Virus record (IMG/VR): IMGVR_UViG_3300023173_000094 | Coordinates: 1-26,336 of that record | Reading direction: 5' to 3' (one strand) | DNA length: 26,336 nt | Source of the DNA: a virus | Lineage: Duplodnaviria > Caudoviricetes | In this document: piece by piece, positions 1-6,869 of the stretch | How positions within the stretch are numbered: position 1 is the first letter of the stretch | How the letters are laid out: the number at the start of each line of letters is the position of its first letter | Translations under genes and position numbers: made by a program | The notes under the pieces: model-generated | The model's input: the letters and a program-made list of their open reading frames with translations, nothing else | What the model was told of the DNA's origin: nothing | Databases searched by the model: none

Positions 1-2
1 AT

Positions 3-140
3 TTTCTGCAACTGAAACACACAGCATTAATAGACACATATGACATTGTTCTCGATTATGTTCAGTATTATCTGCACAAAGATGTGACATATGGATTGGT
101 TGATGACTTTATATTCCCAAATGATCTCGACAACTTATAG
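3..140 (+). CDS. Hypothetical protein, 5' partial
   Basis: Frame 3 is open from the window edge (FLQLKHTALIDTYDIVLDYVQYYL...) to TAG at 138-140; the next ATG is at 142. Confidence 0.5.
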   Translation, partial: FLQLKHTALIDTYDIVLDYVQYYLHKDVTYGLVDDFIFPNDLDNL

Positions 141-141
141 A

Positions 142-288
142 ATGACCAAAAAAGAAAAAAGTAAATTATTGCAAAGCATATCAGCCGCAAATCTTGAAGC
201 ATATAACAACAATTATGAAGAGTGCATGAAGTGGCTTAGATGGGCAGCATTATTAATCAAAAAACACACAGAAAATGACAATCAATGA
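142..288 (+). CDS. Hypothetical protein (48 aa)
   Basis: ATG at 142 directly follows the upstream stop (MTKKEKSKLLQ...); preferred over the ORF-track start at 91. Confidence 0.55.
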   Translation: MTKKEKSKLLQSISAANLEAYNNNYEECMKWLRWAALLIKKHTENDNQ

Positions 289-445
289 AATGTATTCAGC
301 AAAAGAAATGCTTGAAGGAGAAATTCAAGACCTGATTGCAGAATTTATGATCAAAACTCATGTCAGATGCGGAGGTGTTACAATCAAGACAACAGAGTTC
401 AATGGCAAAGAAACTATTGTATCAGTTAATGTTTTAATAAAATGA
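275..445 (+). CDS. Hypothetical protein (56 aa, not in ORF track)
   Basis: MTINEMYSAKEMLEGEIQDLIAEF...VNVLIK*; its stop overlaps the next start (ATGA at 442-445). Confidence 0.6.
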   Translation: MTINEMYSAKEMLEGEIQDLIAEFMIKTHVRCGGVTIKTTEFNGKETIVSVNVLIK

Positions 446-969
446 GTAAAGTATTTGATTTATCAATGTTGAGGATCAATCCTCAAAACCCATTTCCATT
501 TTCTGGATCAGATGCAGATTGGAATGATTTTAAAAAGAAGTTAGACAGAGACCCTGAGTTTTTAGAAGCAAATAAAATAGCATATGACTCATCCAGAGAC
601 AACCTTCTTATAGCGGGAAACAAAAGGGTTCAAGCATTGCGTGAACTTGGATGGAAGTCAATACCATCAAAATATGTAATCGATTGCAAAGATTGGAGTG
701 AAGAGAAGCGAGAACGATATATCTACGCATCAAATTGGAATATAGGACAATGGTCAATTGAATATGCAGATGATGAAATGGCAGAGGAGTTTGGTATTGA
801 ATTTGATCAAGAAAATGACCGAAACGAGGAATACCAAGAACCTGAAGAACAAGAATATGATATAAATGCTAATTGGTTTTTAAATATTCGATTCACAAAT
901 GAAGATGAATGTCAAAAACATTATGAAGAATTTATTGAAAAGGGATTAGATGTTAAAATAGTACAATAA
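442..969 (+). CDS. ParB/Srx-like N-terminal domain protein
   Basis: NPQNP motif, LLIAGNKRVQALRELGW and N..IGQW motifs typical of phage ParB-N proteins; acidic linker; TAATG coupling to the next gene. Confidence 0.8.
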   Translation: MSKVFDLSMLRINPQNPFPFSGSDADWNDFKKKLDRDPEFLEANKIAYDSSRDNLLIAGNKRVQALRELGWKSIPSKYVIDCKDWSEEKRERYIYASNWNIGQWSIEYADDEMAEEFGIEFDQENDRNEEYQEPEEQEYDINANWFLNIRFTNEDECQKHYEEFIEKGLDVKIVQ

Positions 970-1673
970 TGAAATTGAACCATGAATATTTAGTTGAGTT
1001 ACAATCCGAAATACCAAATTCCTTTAGGACTAAAATGGCTTGTGATTCTTTGGATATTAATATTGAAGAAAAATCAAAACATAAGCTTTTGATTGAAGGA
1101 ATTAAAGTACCAAATGATTGGTCAATAGGACTTATTTTAGGTGCAAGTGGGTCTGGGAAAACAACACTTGCCAAAGAAATTTTTGGTGATGATTGTTTTG
1201 ATGATACAATCAATGAATCTAAACCTATAATTGATCAACTTCCTAAAGACTTAAAATACAATGATTGTGCAAATTTGTTGAGTGGAATAGGGTTAACTTC
1301 TGTTCCTTGTTGGGTTCGTCCAGTTTACACTTTATCGAATGGGCAAAAAGCAAGAGCAAAAGCGGTTTTGCAAATGACAAAAAACAAAGATATAAGTGTA
1401 ATTGATGAGTGGACTTCTGTTGTTGATAGGCAAGTGGCAAAAGTTATGTCTCATTGCGTTCAGAAATTTGCTCGAAGAAATAAAAAGAAAATTGTTTTGT
1501 GTAGTTGTCATTATGATATTTTGGAATGGTTAAACCCAGATTGGGTTATTGATTGCAATGATCAAAAATTCTATAACCGAGATTTAAAAAAAAAAGAGAA
1601 GAACAACTTGAGTTTACTATCAAAGAAATCAGTAAAGACTCATGGAGGTATTTTAGCAAGTATCATTATTTAA
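969..1673 (+). CDS. ABC-type ATPase (N-terminal part of a probable ATPase-GNAT fusion)
   Basis: Walker A GASGSGKT, signature LSNGQ, Walker B/D-loop VIDEWTSVVD, H-loop CSCH; no transmembrane partner nearby. Confidence 0.88.
   Translation: MKLNHEYLVELQSEIPNSFRTKMACDSLDINIEEKSKHKLLIEGIKVPNDWSIGLILGASGSGKTTLAKEIFGDDCFDDTINESKPIIDQLPKDLKYNDCANLLSGIGLTSVPCWVRPVYTLSNGQKARAKAVLQMTKNKDISVIDEWTSVVDRQVAKVMSHCVQKFARRNKKKIVLCSCHYDILEWLNPDWVIDCNDQKFYNRDLKKKEKNNLSLLSKKSVKTHGGILASIII
1583..1596 (+). other. Candidate -1 frameshift / transcriptional slippage site
   Basis: T_TTA_AAA in the ATPase frame (X XXY YYZ) overlapping an A10 run (1586-1595). The -1 frame opens after TAA at 1574-1576 and encodes the GNAT N-terminus with no ATG. 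Confidence 0.65.
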
Positions 1674-2107
1674 GCAAAAGATTGCCCGGAGGAAAATTGT
1701 ACTTATTTGGTTTATTCGATGGAGAAAAACAAATAGGGTTTCAATGTTTTGCAAACTATGTTCCAATAAAGAAAAACATGATTCCAATATATCATAGCAA
1801 TAGAACTGTAATCCATCCAGATTATCAGGGATTTGGATTGGGGTTAAAGTTGATAAATGCCACAAGTAAGTTCATGAAAGAAAATTATAAATACAGAATC
1901 ATGGCTAAATTTTCATCATTACCGATATATAAATCAATGAGTAAAAATTCTGATTGGAAATTATTGAAGGTATTGAGAACTAACGGTAAAATGAAAACTG
2001 GAGGCAATTATGGAAGGAATCGTGGGCATAAAGCAGGTAAATTTGGAGTAGGAGGATTTAGGGAAGGAGGAGTAAGAACATTTTCTTTTGAATATTTTGG
2101 GAAATAA
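1589..2107 (+). CDS. GNAT acetyltransferase, Mom-like (reached by -1 shift from the ATPase)
   Basis: The -1 frame reads REEQLEFTIKEISKDSWRYFSKYHYLSKRLPGG... then the acetyl-CoA-binding motif RTVIHPDYQGFGLG. The ORF-track TTG start at 1682 would cut off the WxxFxxYHYL motif. Confidence 0.78.
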   Translation, partial: KKREEQLEFTIKEISKDSWRYFSKYHYLSKRLPGGKLYLFGLFDGEKQIGFQCFANYVPIKKNMIPIYHSNRTVIHPDYQGFGLGLKLINATSKFMKENYKYRIMAKFSSLPIYKSMSKNSDWKLLKVLRTNGKMKTGGNYGRNRGHKAGKFGVGGFREGGVRTFSFEYFGK

Positions 2108-2180
2108 CTCAAATAAATTGACTAAAATGCTAATTGTCTTTAAGTTGTGTGTATTATTAATTATAAAATCATTTAACATA

Positions 2181-3176
2181 ATGGCACACAATTTGAATTT
2201 TAACGAACAAAAAAACACTTATTCATTTGCTACTGCAAAAGAAAAAGCATGGCATGGGTTAGGACAAGTCACAGAGGGATTAATGACAACTGCCGAAGCA
2301 TTGGAATTAGCAAATCTTGATTACAATGTATCAAAAACTCCGAATTATATTAAAACACAGGAAGGAGATTTTATTGAAAGCGGTTCATTCTCTACCATTA
2401 GAACAGACAGCAATGAAATACTTGGGAGCAAATTAGGTAAAAATTATACTGTACTTCAAAACAAGGAGGCATTTGAATTTTTTGATATCATAGTGGGAGA
2501 ATCTGAATCTATTATTGAAACAGCAGGATGCTTAAGTAATGGATCTACAGTATTTATAACTGCAAAAATGCCTGCTCACATAAAAGTCATGGACGATTGC
2601 ATTGATCAGTATTTATTAGTTTCTAATTCACATGATGGGACAAGTGCTGTTAATGTTCAATTCACTCCAGTAAGAGTAGTTTGTAACAACACGTTAAATG
2701 TTGCTTTAAGAAACTCGAAAAATAAAGTATCCATTTCTCACACAAGCAATGTTAAACAAAACTTAGCAGCAGCACAAAAAATTCTTGAAATACAAAATGC
2801 TTATAAAATAGAACTGGAAGATTGTTTTAATGCAATGCAGCAAAAAACAATGTCTGAGCAAGAATTTGATTTGTTTTTAGTCAACCTTTTAGGCGATGAA
2901 TCGCAACGTGCTAAGTATAATGATGGTTTTTCTCATCATGAAGCATTATCAAAATCAAAAAACAAGGTTATTGAAGAAATAAAAGATTATTACCACAATG
3001 GTATAGGACAAAACACTCCTGATGCTTTAAATAGTAATTATGGAGCTTTTAATGCCATAACAGGATATTTGCAAAATGTCAAAGAATATAAGTCGCCAGA
3101 GAAAAAATTTAAAAACATTATGAAAGGTACTGGTTCTCGATTGGTGCAAAATGCTTTTAACCTATTAAATGTTTAA
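2181..3176 (+). CDS. DUF932 family (phage/plasmid-like, TIGR03299-type) protein
   Basis: MAHNL start, AWHGLG, YTVLQN.EAF.FFD, ETAGCL..G, NSHDGT, TPVRVVCNNTL motifs; true start is likely ATG 2181. Confidence 0.88.
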   Translation: MAHNLNFNEQKNTYSFATAKEKAWHGLGQVTEGLMTTAEALELANLDYNVSKTPNYIKTQEGDFIESGSFSTIRTDSNEILGSKLGKNYTVLQNKEAFEFFDIIVGESESIIETAGCLSNGSTVFITAKMPAHIKVMDDCIDQYLLVSNSHDGTSAVNVQFTPVRVVCNNTLNVALRNSKNKVSISHTSNVKQNLAAAQKILEIQNAYKIELEDCFNAMQQKTMSEQEFDLFLVNLLGDESQRAKYNDGFSHHEALSKSKNKVIEEIKDYYHNGIGQNTPDALNSNYGAFNAITGYLQNVKEYKSPEKKFKNIMKGTGSRLVQNAFNLLNV

Positions 3177-3352
3177 TGATGAATTTTGAAATAGGCGAAA
3201 TAGTAAAGTGGCAACTCAATTCTAAAATAGAATGCAAGGGGATTTATAGAAGTCTCCTTGCTAACAATAAGTCAGAAGTGATATTAACTCAACACGGTGA
3301 AAGGTACACCAGACTTAAAGTAATTGTCAATAACAACATATTAAGCAGATGA
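3176..3352 (+). CDS. Hypothetical protein (58 aa, not in ORF track)
   Basis: MMNFEIGEIVKWQLNS...; TAATG overlap upstream and ATGA overlap downstream. Confidence 0.65.
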   Translation: MMNFEIGEIVKWQLNSKIECKGIYRSLLANNKSEVILTQHGERYTRLKVIVNNNILSR

Positions 3353-3639
3353 TTCATGTAATTTATGTAAAAAAAAAATGGTTTGATTTGATCGCTTCTG
3401 GGGAAAAGAAAGAAGAATATCGAGAATTGAAACCATATTGGCAAAAGCGATTGTTAAAATTTAAGAAAAGAGATTTATTGAAATTCAAAAATGGATATAA
3501 TAAAAATTCAGATTCATTAATTGTAGAATTTAAAGGATATACTATAAAAAAACCAAACTCATTATGGACTGAAATTGATAATATTTATAATGATTGCTAT
3601 GCAATACATTTGGGGGAAATAATATCATGGGATAAATAA
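3349..3639 (+). CDS. ASCH domain protein
   Basis: KKKWFDLIASGEKKEEYRE.KPYW..RL (GxKxxExR) and F.NGY motifs. Confidence 0.85.
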   Translation: MIHVIYVKKKWFDLIASGEKKEEYRELKPYWQKRLLKFKKRDLLKFKNGYNKNSDSLIVEFKGYTIKKPNSLWTEIDNIYNDCYAIHLGEIISWDK

Positions 3640-3674
3640 TGGGTTAATTTTTTTGCAAACGAAAAACAAACGTA

Positions 3675-4082
3675 ATGGGTGGAGGACGTGGAAATATAAC
3701 ACCAGAGGATAATACGAATGGGTTTCAAAAGAATCCTCAAAACATAAACAGAAAAGGGCGCAAACCATCATTAAAGAAGCAACTTGAAAAGGTAGCTCTA
3801 TCAGATGGGTGGTTGACGTTTGACAAGAAAGATGTCCAGATACTTGACAATAGCATTAAGGTCAAAGTCCCTAAAGAAGAAGCAATGGCATTGAAGATGT
3901 TTCAGATTGCAATGGGCAAAAACCCGAATGCTGCTATGAATGCCATCAAGTTATATTTGGAGACATTTGATGGCAAGGCGAATCAGAACATAAGGATTGA
4001 AGATAAAAGACCAAGCAAGGAAGACATTCTTGCAGAGATCAAAGAAATCGACAAACTGCTCAAAGAAAAGGATGGCAAATGA
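3675..4082 (+). CDS. Putative terminase small subunit
   Basis: FQKNPQNINRKGRKP N-terminal motif; helical body; overlaps the terminase large subunit start. Confidence 0.72.
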   Translation: MGGGRGNITPEDNTNGFQKNPQNINRKGRKPSLKKQLEKVALSDGWLTFDKKDVQILDNSIKVKVPKEEAMALKMFQIAMGKNPNAAMNAIKLYLETFDGKANQNIRIEDKRPSKEDILAEIKEIDKLLKEKDGK

Positions 4083-5553
4083 TCTGCTTGACAGAAAGCT
4101 GCAATTACTGAAATGGCTTCGCATTGATGAGTGCAGAGATGACTATTTCACATTTTTAAAGTATTTATTTCAGAATAAAGATGTAGTGTGGAACTGGCAT
4201 CATAAATATGCGTGTGGTGTCTTGCAAGAGTTTGTTGAAGGTAAGCACAGCAATCTGATGATCTTCATGCCTCCACAACATCAGAAGTCAACGATGTTGG
4301 TTGAATTTCTTGTTCCATATGCGCTTGGCATTAATCCAAATGAGCAGATCATTCTTACTATGTACAACCAAACCAAAGCAGCTGAATACAACAGAAAGAT
4401 TCAGCGCATTATGACAGATGAAAAGTATTCAGATATATTTCCAGAGACAAGATTGAACGATAGGAATGTGGTTACTGATGCGAGAGGTCAGTATGTGCGA
4501 AATTCAGAGAAGTTTGAAGTGGTAAACAATCAAGGCTTTCTGTATTCTGTTGGTGTAAGTGGTGGTATTGCAGGAACTCCAGCAAAGATGGCACTCATGG
4601 ATGATGTCATCAAGAACTATGAGGAGGCTTATTCACCTACATACAGAAATCGTGTTTACAATTGGTACACCGATGAACTTGAGTCGAGATTGCACAACGA
4701 TTCACGAGTGGCATTCACGATCACACGAAGACACATGGATGATCTTGCAGGGCGTTTGCTTGACAGAGATGGCACAGTTGAAGAGGGAGGCAAGTGGAAA
4801 GTTGTCACCATACCAGCAATAAAAGAAACGAACGAAAATGCTGATGATCCTCGCAAGATAGGAGAAGCATTGTTTCCGCATCTTCACTCGCTTGAAAGAC
4901 TTGAAGAAATAAGAGATAAGAATCCAAGAACATTTGCTTCATTATATCAGCAACGACCTGCACCGACAGAAGGCGCAATCATCAAGCGTGAGTGGTTTAA
5001 AAGCTATGATAAAAGGTCTGTAAACATCAATAATTTGCGATCTAAGACACGAATTTACATTGATGGTGCATATACATCAAACAAAGCGAATGATCCATCA
5101 GCAATCGTTGTATATGCGATGATAAATCGAAAGGTACATATATTGCGATCGTTTCAAGAGTGGCTTGAAGCACCAGAACTTTTGAAGCGTATACAAGAGA
5201 TCATTGCAACGTATGGCAATGAGAAATATACAAGAGTGATGTTTGAACCAAAGGCATCTGGAAAGACACTCAAGCAGATTCTTGCTTCTTCAGGTATTCT
5301 TGCCAAAGAAGATAAAGCACCCACAGAATCAAAGGTGACACGAGTTGAAGTCATCACACCATTCCTTGAACGTGGCGAGGTGTTATTGCCGAGCAATGAA
5401 GCTGATCAAACATGGGTCAACGCATTTATTGACGAGTGCATCACGTTTCCGAGTGGCAGAGATGATCAAGTCGATTGCTTGAGTGCTATCTGTCGCATTG
5501 AACTTGCAACTGCTCCAGCAATACAATGGAATCAATCAACTATGCGAATATGA
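4072..5553 (+). CDS. terL: Terminase large subunit
   Basis: WHH adenine-binding region, MPPQHQKST Walker A variant, MDD Walker B, TRRH..DL.G coupling motif, LYQQRP, nuclease acidic residues (IYID, FEPKASG, DDQVD). Start ATG 4072. Confidence 0.93.
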   Translation: MANDLLDRKLQLLKWLRIDECRDDYFTFLKYLFQNKDVVWNWHHKYACGVLQEFVEGKHSNLMIFMPPQHQKSTMLVEFLVPYALGINPNEQIILTMYNQTKAAEYNRKIQRIMTDEKYSDIFPETRLNDRNVVTDARGQYVRNSEKFEVVNNQGFLYSVGVSGGIAGTPAKMALMDDVIKNYEEAYSPTYRNRVYNWYTDELESRLHNDSRVAFTITRRHMDDLAGRLLDRDGTVEEGGKWKVVTIPAIKETNENADDPRKIGEALFPHLHSLERLEEIRDKNPRTFASLYQQRPAPTEGAIIKREWFKSYDKRSVNINNLRSKTRIYIDGAYTSNKANDPSAIVVYAMINRKVHILRSFQEWLEAPELLKRIQEIIATYGNEKYTRVMFEPKASGKTLKQILASSGILAKEDKAPTESKVTRVEVITPFLERGEVLLPSNEADQTWVNAFIDECITFPSGRDDQVDCLSAICRIELATAPAIQWNQSTMRI

Positions 5554-5738
5554 TCAAATTGTGCGCTTTATTCTTCATTATAAGCTGTTCAGCCTGTTAT
5601 CCTAAAACATACAAGGCAAAGCATCATGAGTTTGAGATCGTTGTTCTAAGAAAGCGAGGTGATCTTATTGAGGTTGATCACAATGGTGTCATCTATTGTC
5701 TTGACAAAAGAATCTTGAAAGATTTTCATCAGATATGA
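5550..5738 (+). CDS. Small putative lipoprotein (62 aa)
   Basis: ATGA overlap with the terL stop; MIKLCALFFIISC has a basic residue, hydrophobic stretch and IISC lipobox. Confidence 0.5.
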   Translation: MIKLCALFFIISCSACYPKTYKAKHHEFEIVVLRKRGDLIEVDHNGVIYCLDKRILKDFHQI

Positions 5739-5749
5739 TGCGATCTATT

Positions 5750-5795
5750 TTTTTTTATAAAAAAAGTATGAATTCTTTTTTTTTATAAAAAAAAA
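5750..5795. repeat. Two tandem A/T-only perfect palindromes (T7-AT-A7 and T9-AT-A9)
   Basis: 5750-5765 and 5776-5795; centres 28 bp apart with GAATTC between them. Confidence 0.85.
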
Positions 5796-5807
5796 CATAT
5801 ATGTTTG
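5776..5807 (+). promoter_or_regulatory. Bacteroidota primary-sigma-type promoter
   Basis: TATGTTTG at 5800-5807 matches the -7 consensus TAnnTTTG; TTTT 20 nt upstream sits at the -33 (TTTG) position; 36 nt before ATG 5844. Confidence 0.6.
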
Positions 5808-5843
5808 CTGATGTAATTGATTAACAACTAAAAAAACAAAGAC

Positions 5844-6050
5844 ATGAAAAATTTTACAATGAATCAGACAGAATTAATCGCCAGAATCGAGAAGCTCTCC
5901 AATTTAGACGTGACTAACATGCTACAATGTTCCAGTACTATGATTACAGATGCAAAGAGCAGAAGTCTCGCAAACACAATCCTCAGTCAAAGGATCATGG
6001 ACGAGGAGATAGATGAAATAGAATTGTTAATCGCAGAACAAGGGTCTTAA
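5844..6050 (+). CDS. Hypothetical protein (68 aa)
   Basis: ORF with an A-rich leader, first gene after the promoter. Confidence 0.65.
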   Translation: MKNFTMNQTELIARIEKLSNLDVTNMLQCSSTMITDAKSRSLANTILSQRIMDEEIDEIELLIAEQGS

Positions 6051-6061
6051 TAGAAAACACC

Positions 6062-6089
6062 TTGACCTGAGTAAGTCGGAAACTGCTCA
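6062..6089 (+). ncRNA. Predicted H-type RNA pseudoknot (intergenic)
   Basis: Stem 1 UUGAC(6062-66)/GUCGG(6075-79); stem 2 UGAGUA(6068-73)/UGCUCA(6084-89); loops C, A, AAAC. G-U pairs make it + strand specific. Confidence 0.5.
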
Positions 6090-6117
6090 CATTTTTAAAC
6101 TCTTAAAACAAACAGAC

Positions 6118-6318
6118 ATGAAATATTTAAAAGAAACACAGAGAACGCTACTGATAGAACTATTACAAGAAGAAATTAGGATGATAGATAAGTGGACGTT
6201 TCTTCTCGATGAAGCACAAGAAGATATGGTTGATTATTATGAGATCAAGTTACACATCTCAGAGAAAAATAAGGATATAATTATAGAAATGCTGGAAAGC
6301 AATTATATTAACAACTAA
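6118..6318 (+). CDS. Hypothetical acidic helical protein (66 aa)
   Basis: ORF with leader AAACAGAC-ATG resembling that of 5844. Confidence 0.65.
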   Translation: MKYLKETQRTLLIELLQEEIRMIDKWTFLLDEAQEDMVDYYEIKLHISEKNKDIIIEMLESNYINN

Positions 6319-6324
6319 AAAAAA

Positions 6325-6522
6325 ATGAAAAGAGATTTAAACGATTTTATTCAAGAGGTAATTGTACTAAGCGTTGAGGAGTTTAGGCGTAGGTACAACA
6401 TTACAAAGACAAATCCTGCTATTGGGTATGACATGAGGCAGGGAAAGGTAGACTGGTGTCAGCCTGATAGGGATAGGTTTTTGATACTGACAGAGAAGAC
6501 ACGAAACTATTATAACATTTAA
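6325..6522 (+). CDS. Small protein, possible excisionase/MerR-like winged-HTH DNA-binding protein
   Basis: LSVEEFRRRYNIT...AIGYDMRQGKV...RDRFLI resembles the short wHTH pattern. Confidence 0.45.
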   Translation: MKRDLNDFIQEVIVLSVEEFRRRYNITKTNPAIGYDMRQGKVDWCQPDRDRFLILTEKTRNYYNI

Positions 6523-6532
6523 AACTATAACA

Positions 6533-6814
6533 ATGAGAATAACAATTAAAGATATTGAAATGAGACTTCAGTATTTAAATGAATTAACTAAAAGCCCTTT
6601 GACTACTTACACGAAGGACAAAGACGGTAAGTTTACCGCTAATATTGGAAATTTCCATATTTATCGAGCATACGGTTCAACTGCGATACATAGAATATCA
6701 AATAAGGTTGGAGGAGTTGAAACAATTATAGCATTAGGAACTAAAAAGGAATGCTATAATGAATTAAATGCTTTAATAAAAGGAATCTGGATATCAGAGA
6801 AATTAAATAAGTAA
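6533..6814 (+). CDS. Hypothetical phage protein (93 aa)
   Basis: Clean ORF; RIT.K...LN..T..P...G.FHI..AYG...R..N..GG pattern; no function assigned. Confidence 0.7.
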   Translation: MRITIKDIEMRLQYLNELTKSPLTTYTKDKDGKFTANIGNFHIYRAYGSTAIHRISNKVGGVETIIALGTKKECYNELNALIKGIWISEKLNK

Positions 6815-6826
6815 TAAATAACAATA

Positions 6827-6863
6827 AAGTCATTGGAAAGAATCAATAAAGTTTTCATCATTG
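6827..6863 (+). promoter_or_regulatory. Putative phage late promoter, copy 1
   Basis: AAGTCATTG (6827-35), 20-nt spacer, CATCATTG (6856-63); intergenic, upstream of the portal. Confidence 0.6.
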
Positions 6864-6869
6864 CATGAT

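Noticed and set aside
969-1673. ABC transporter annotation
   Set aside because: No permease or TM partner; the ATPase is linked to a GNAT in a phage packaging region.
1682-2107. Stand-alone GNAT starting at TTG 1682 (ORF track)
   Set aside because: It omits the in-frame upstream WRYFSKYHYL segment; better explained as a frameshift fusion.
2088-2180. N-terminal extension of DUF932 in the ORF track
   Set aside because: It overlaps the GNAT end and an AT-rich spacer; the family-typical start MAHNL is at 2181.
3997-4071. Longer terL start at 3997
   Set aside because: TTG start buried in terS; ATG 4072 gives a normal short overlap.
6066-6083. Hammerhead ribozyme (CUGA...GAAA resemblance)
   Set aside because: The core CUGANGA is not matched (CUGAGUA) and no three-stem junction is evident; a pseudoknot fits better.
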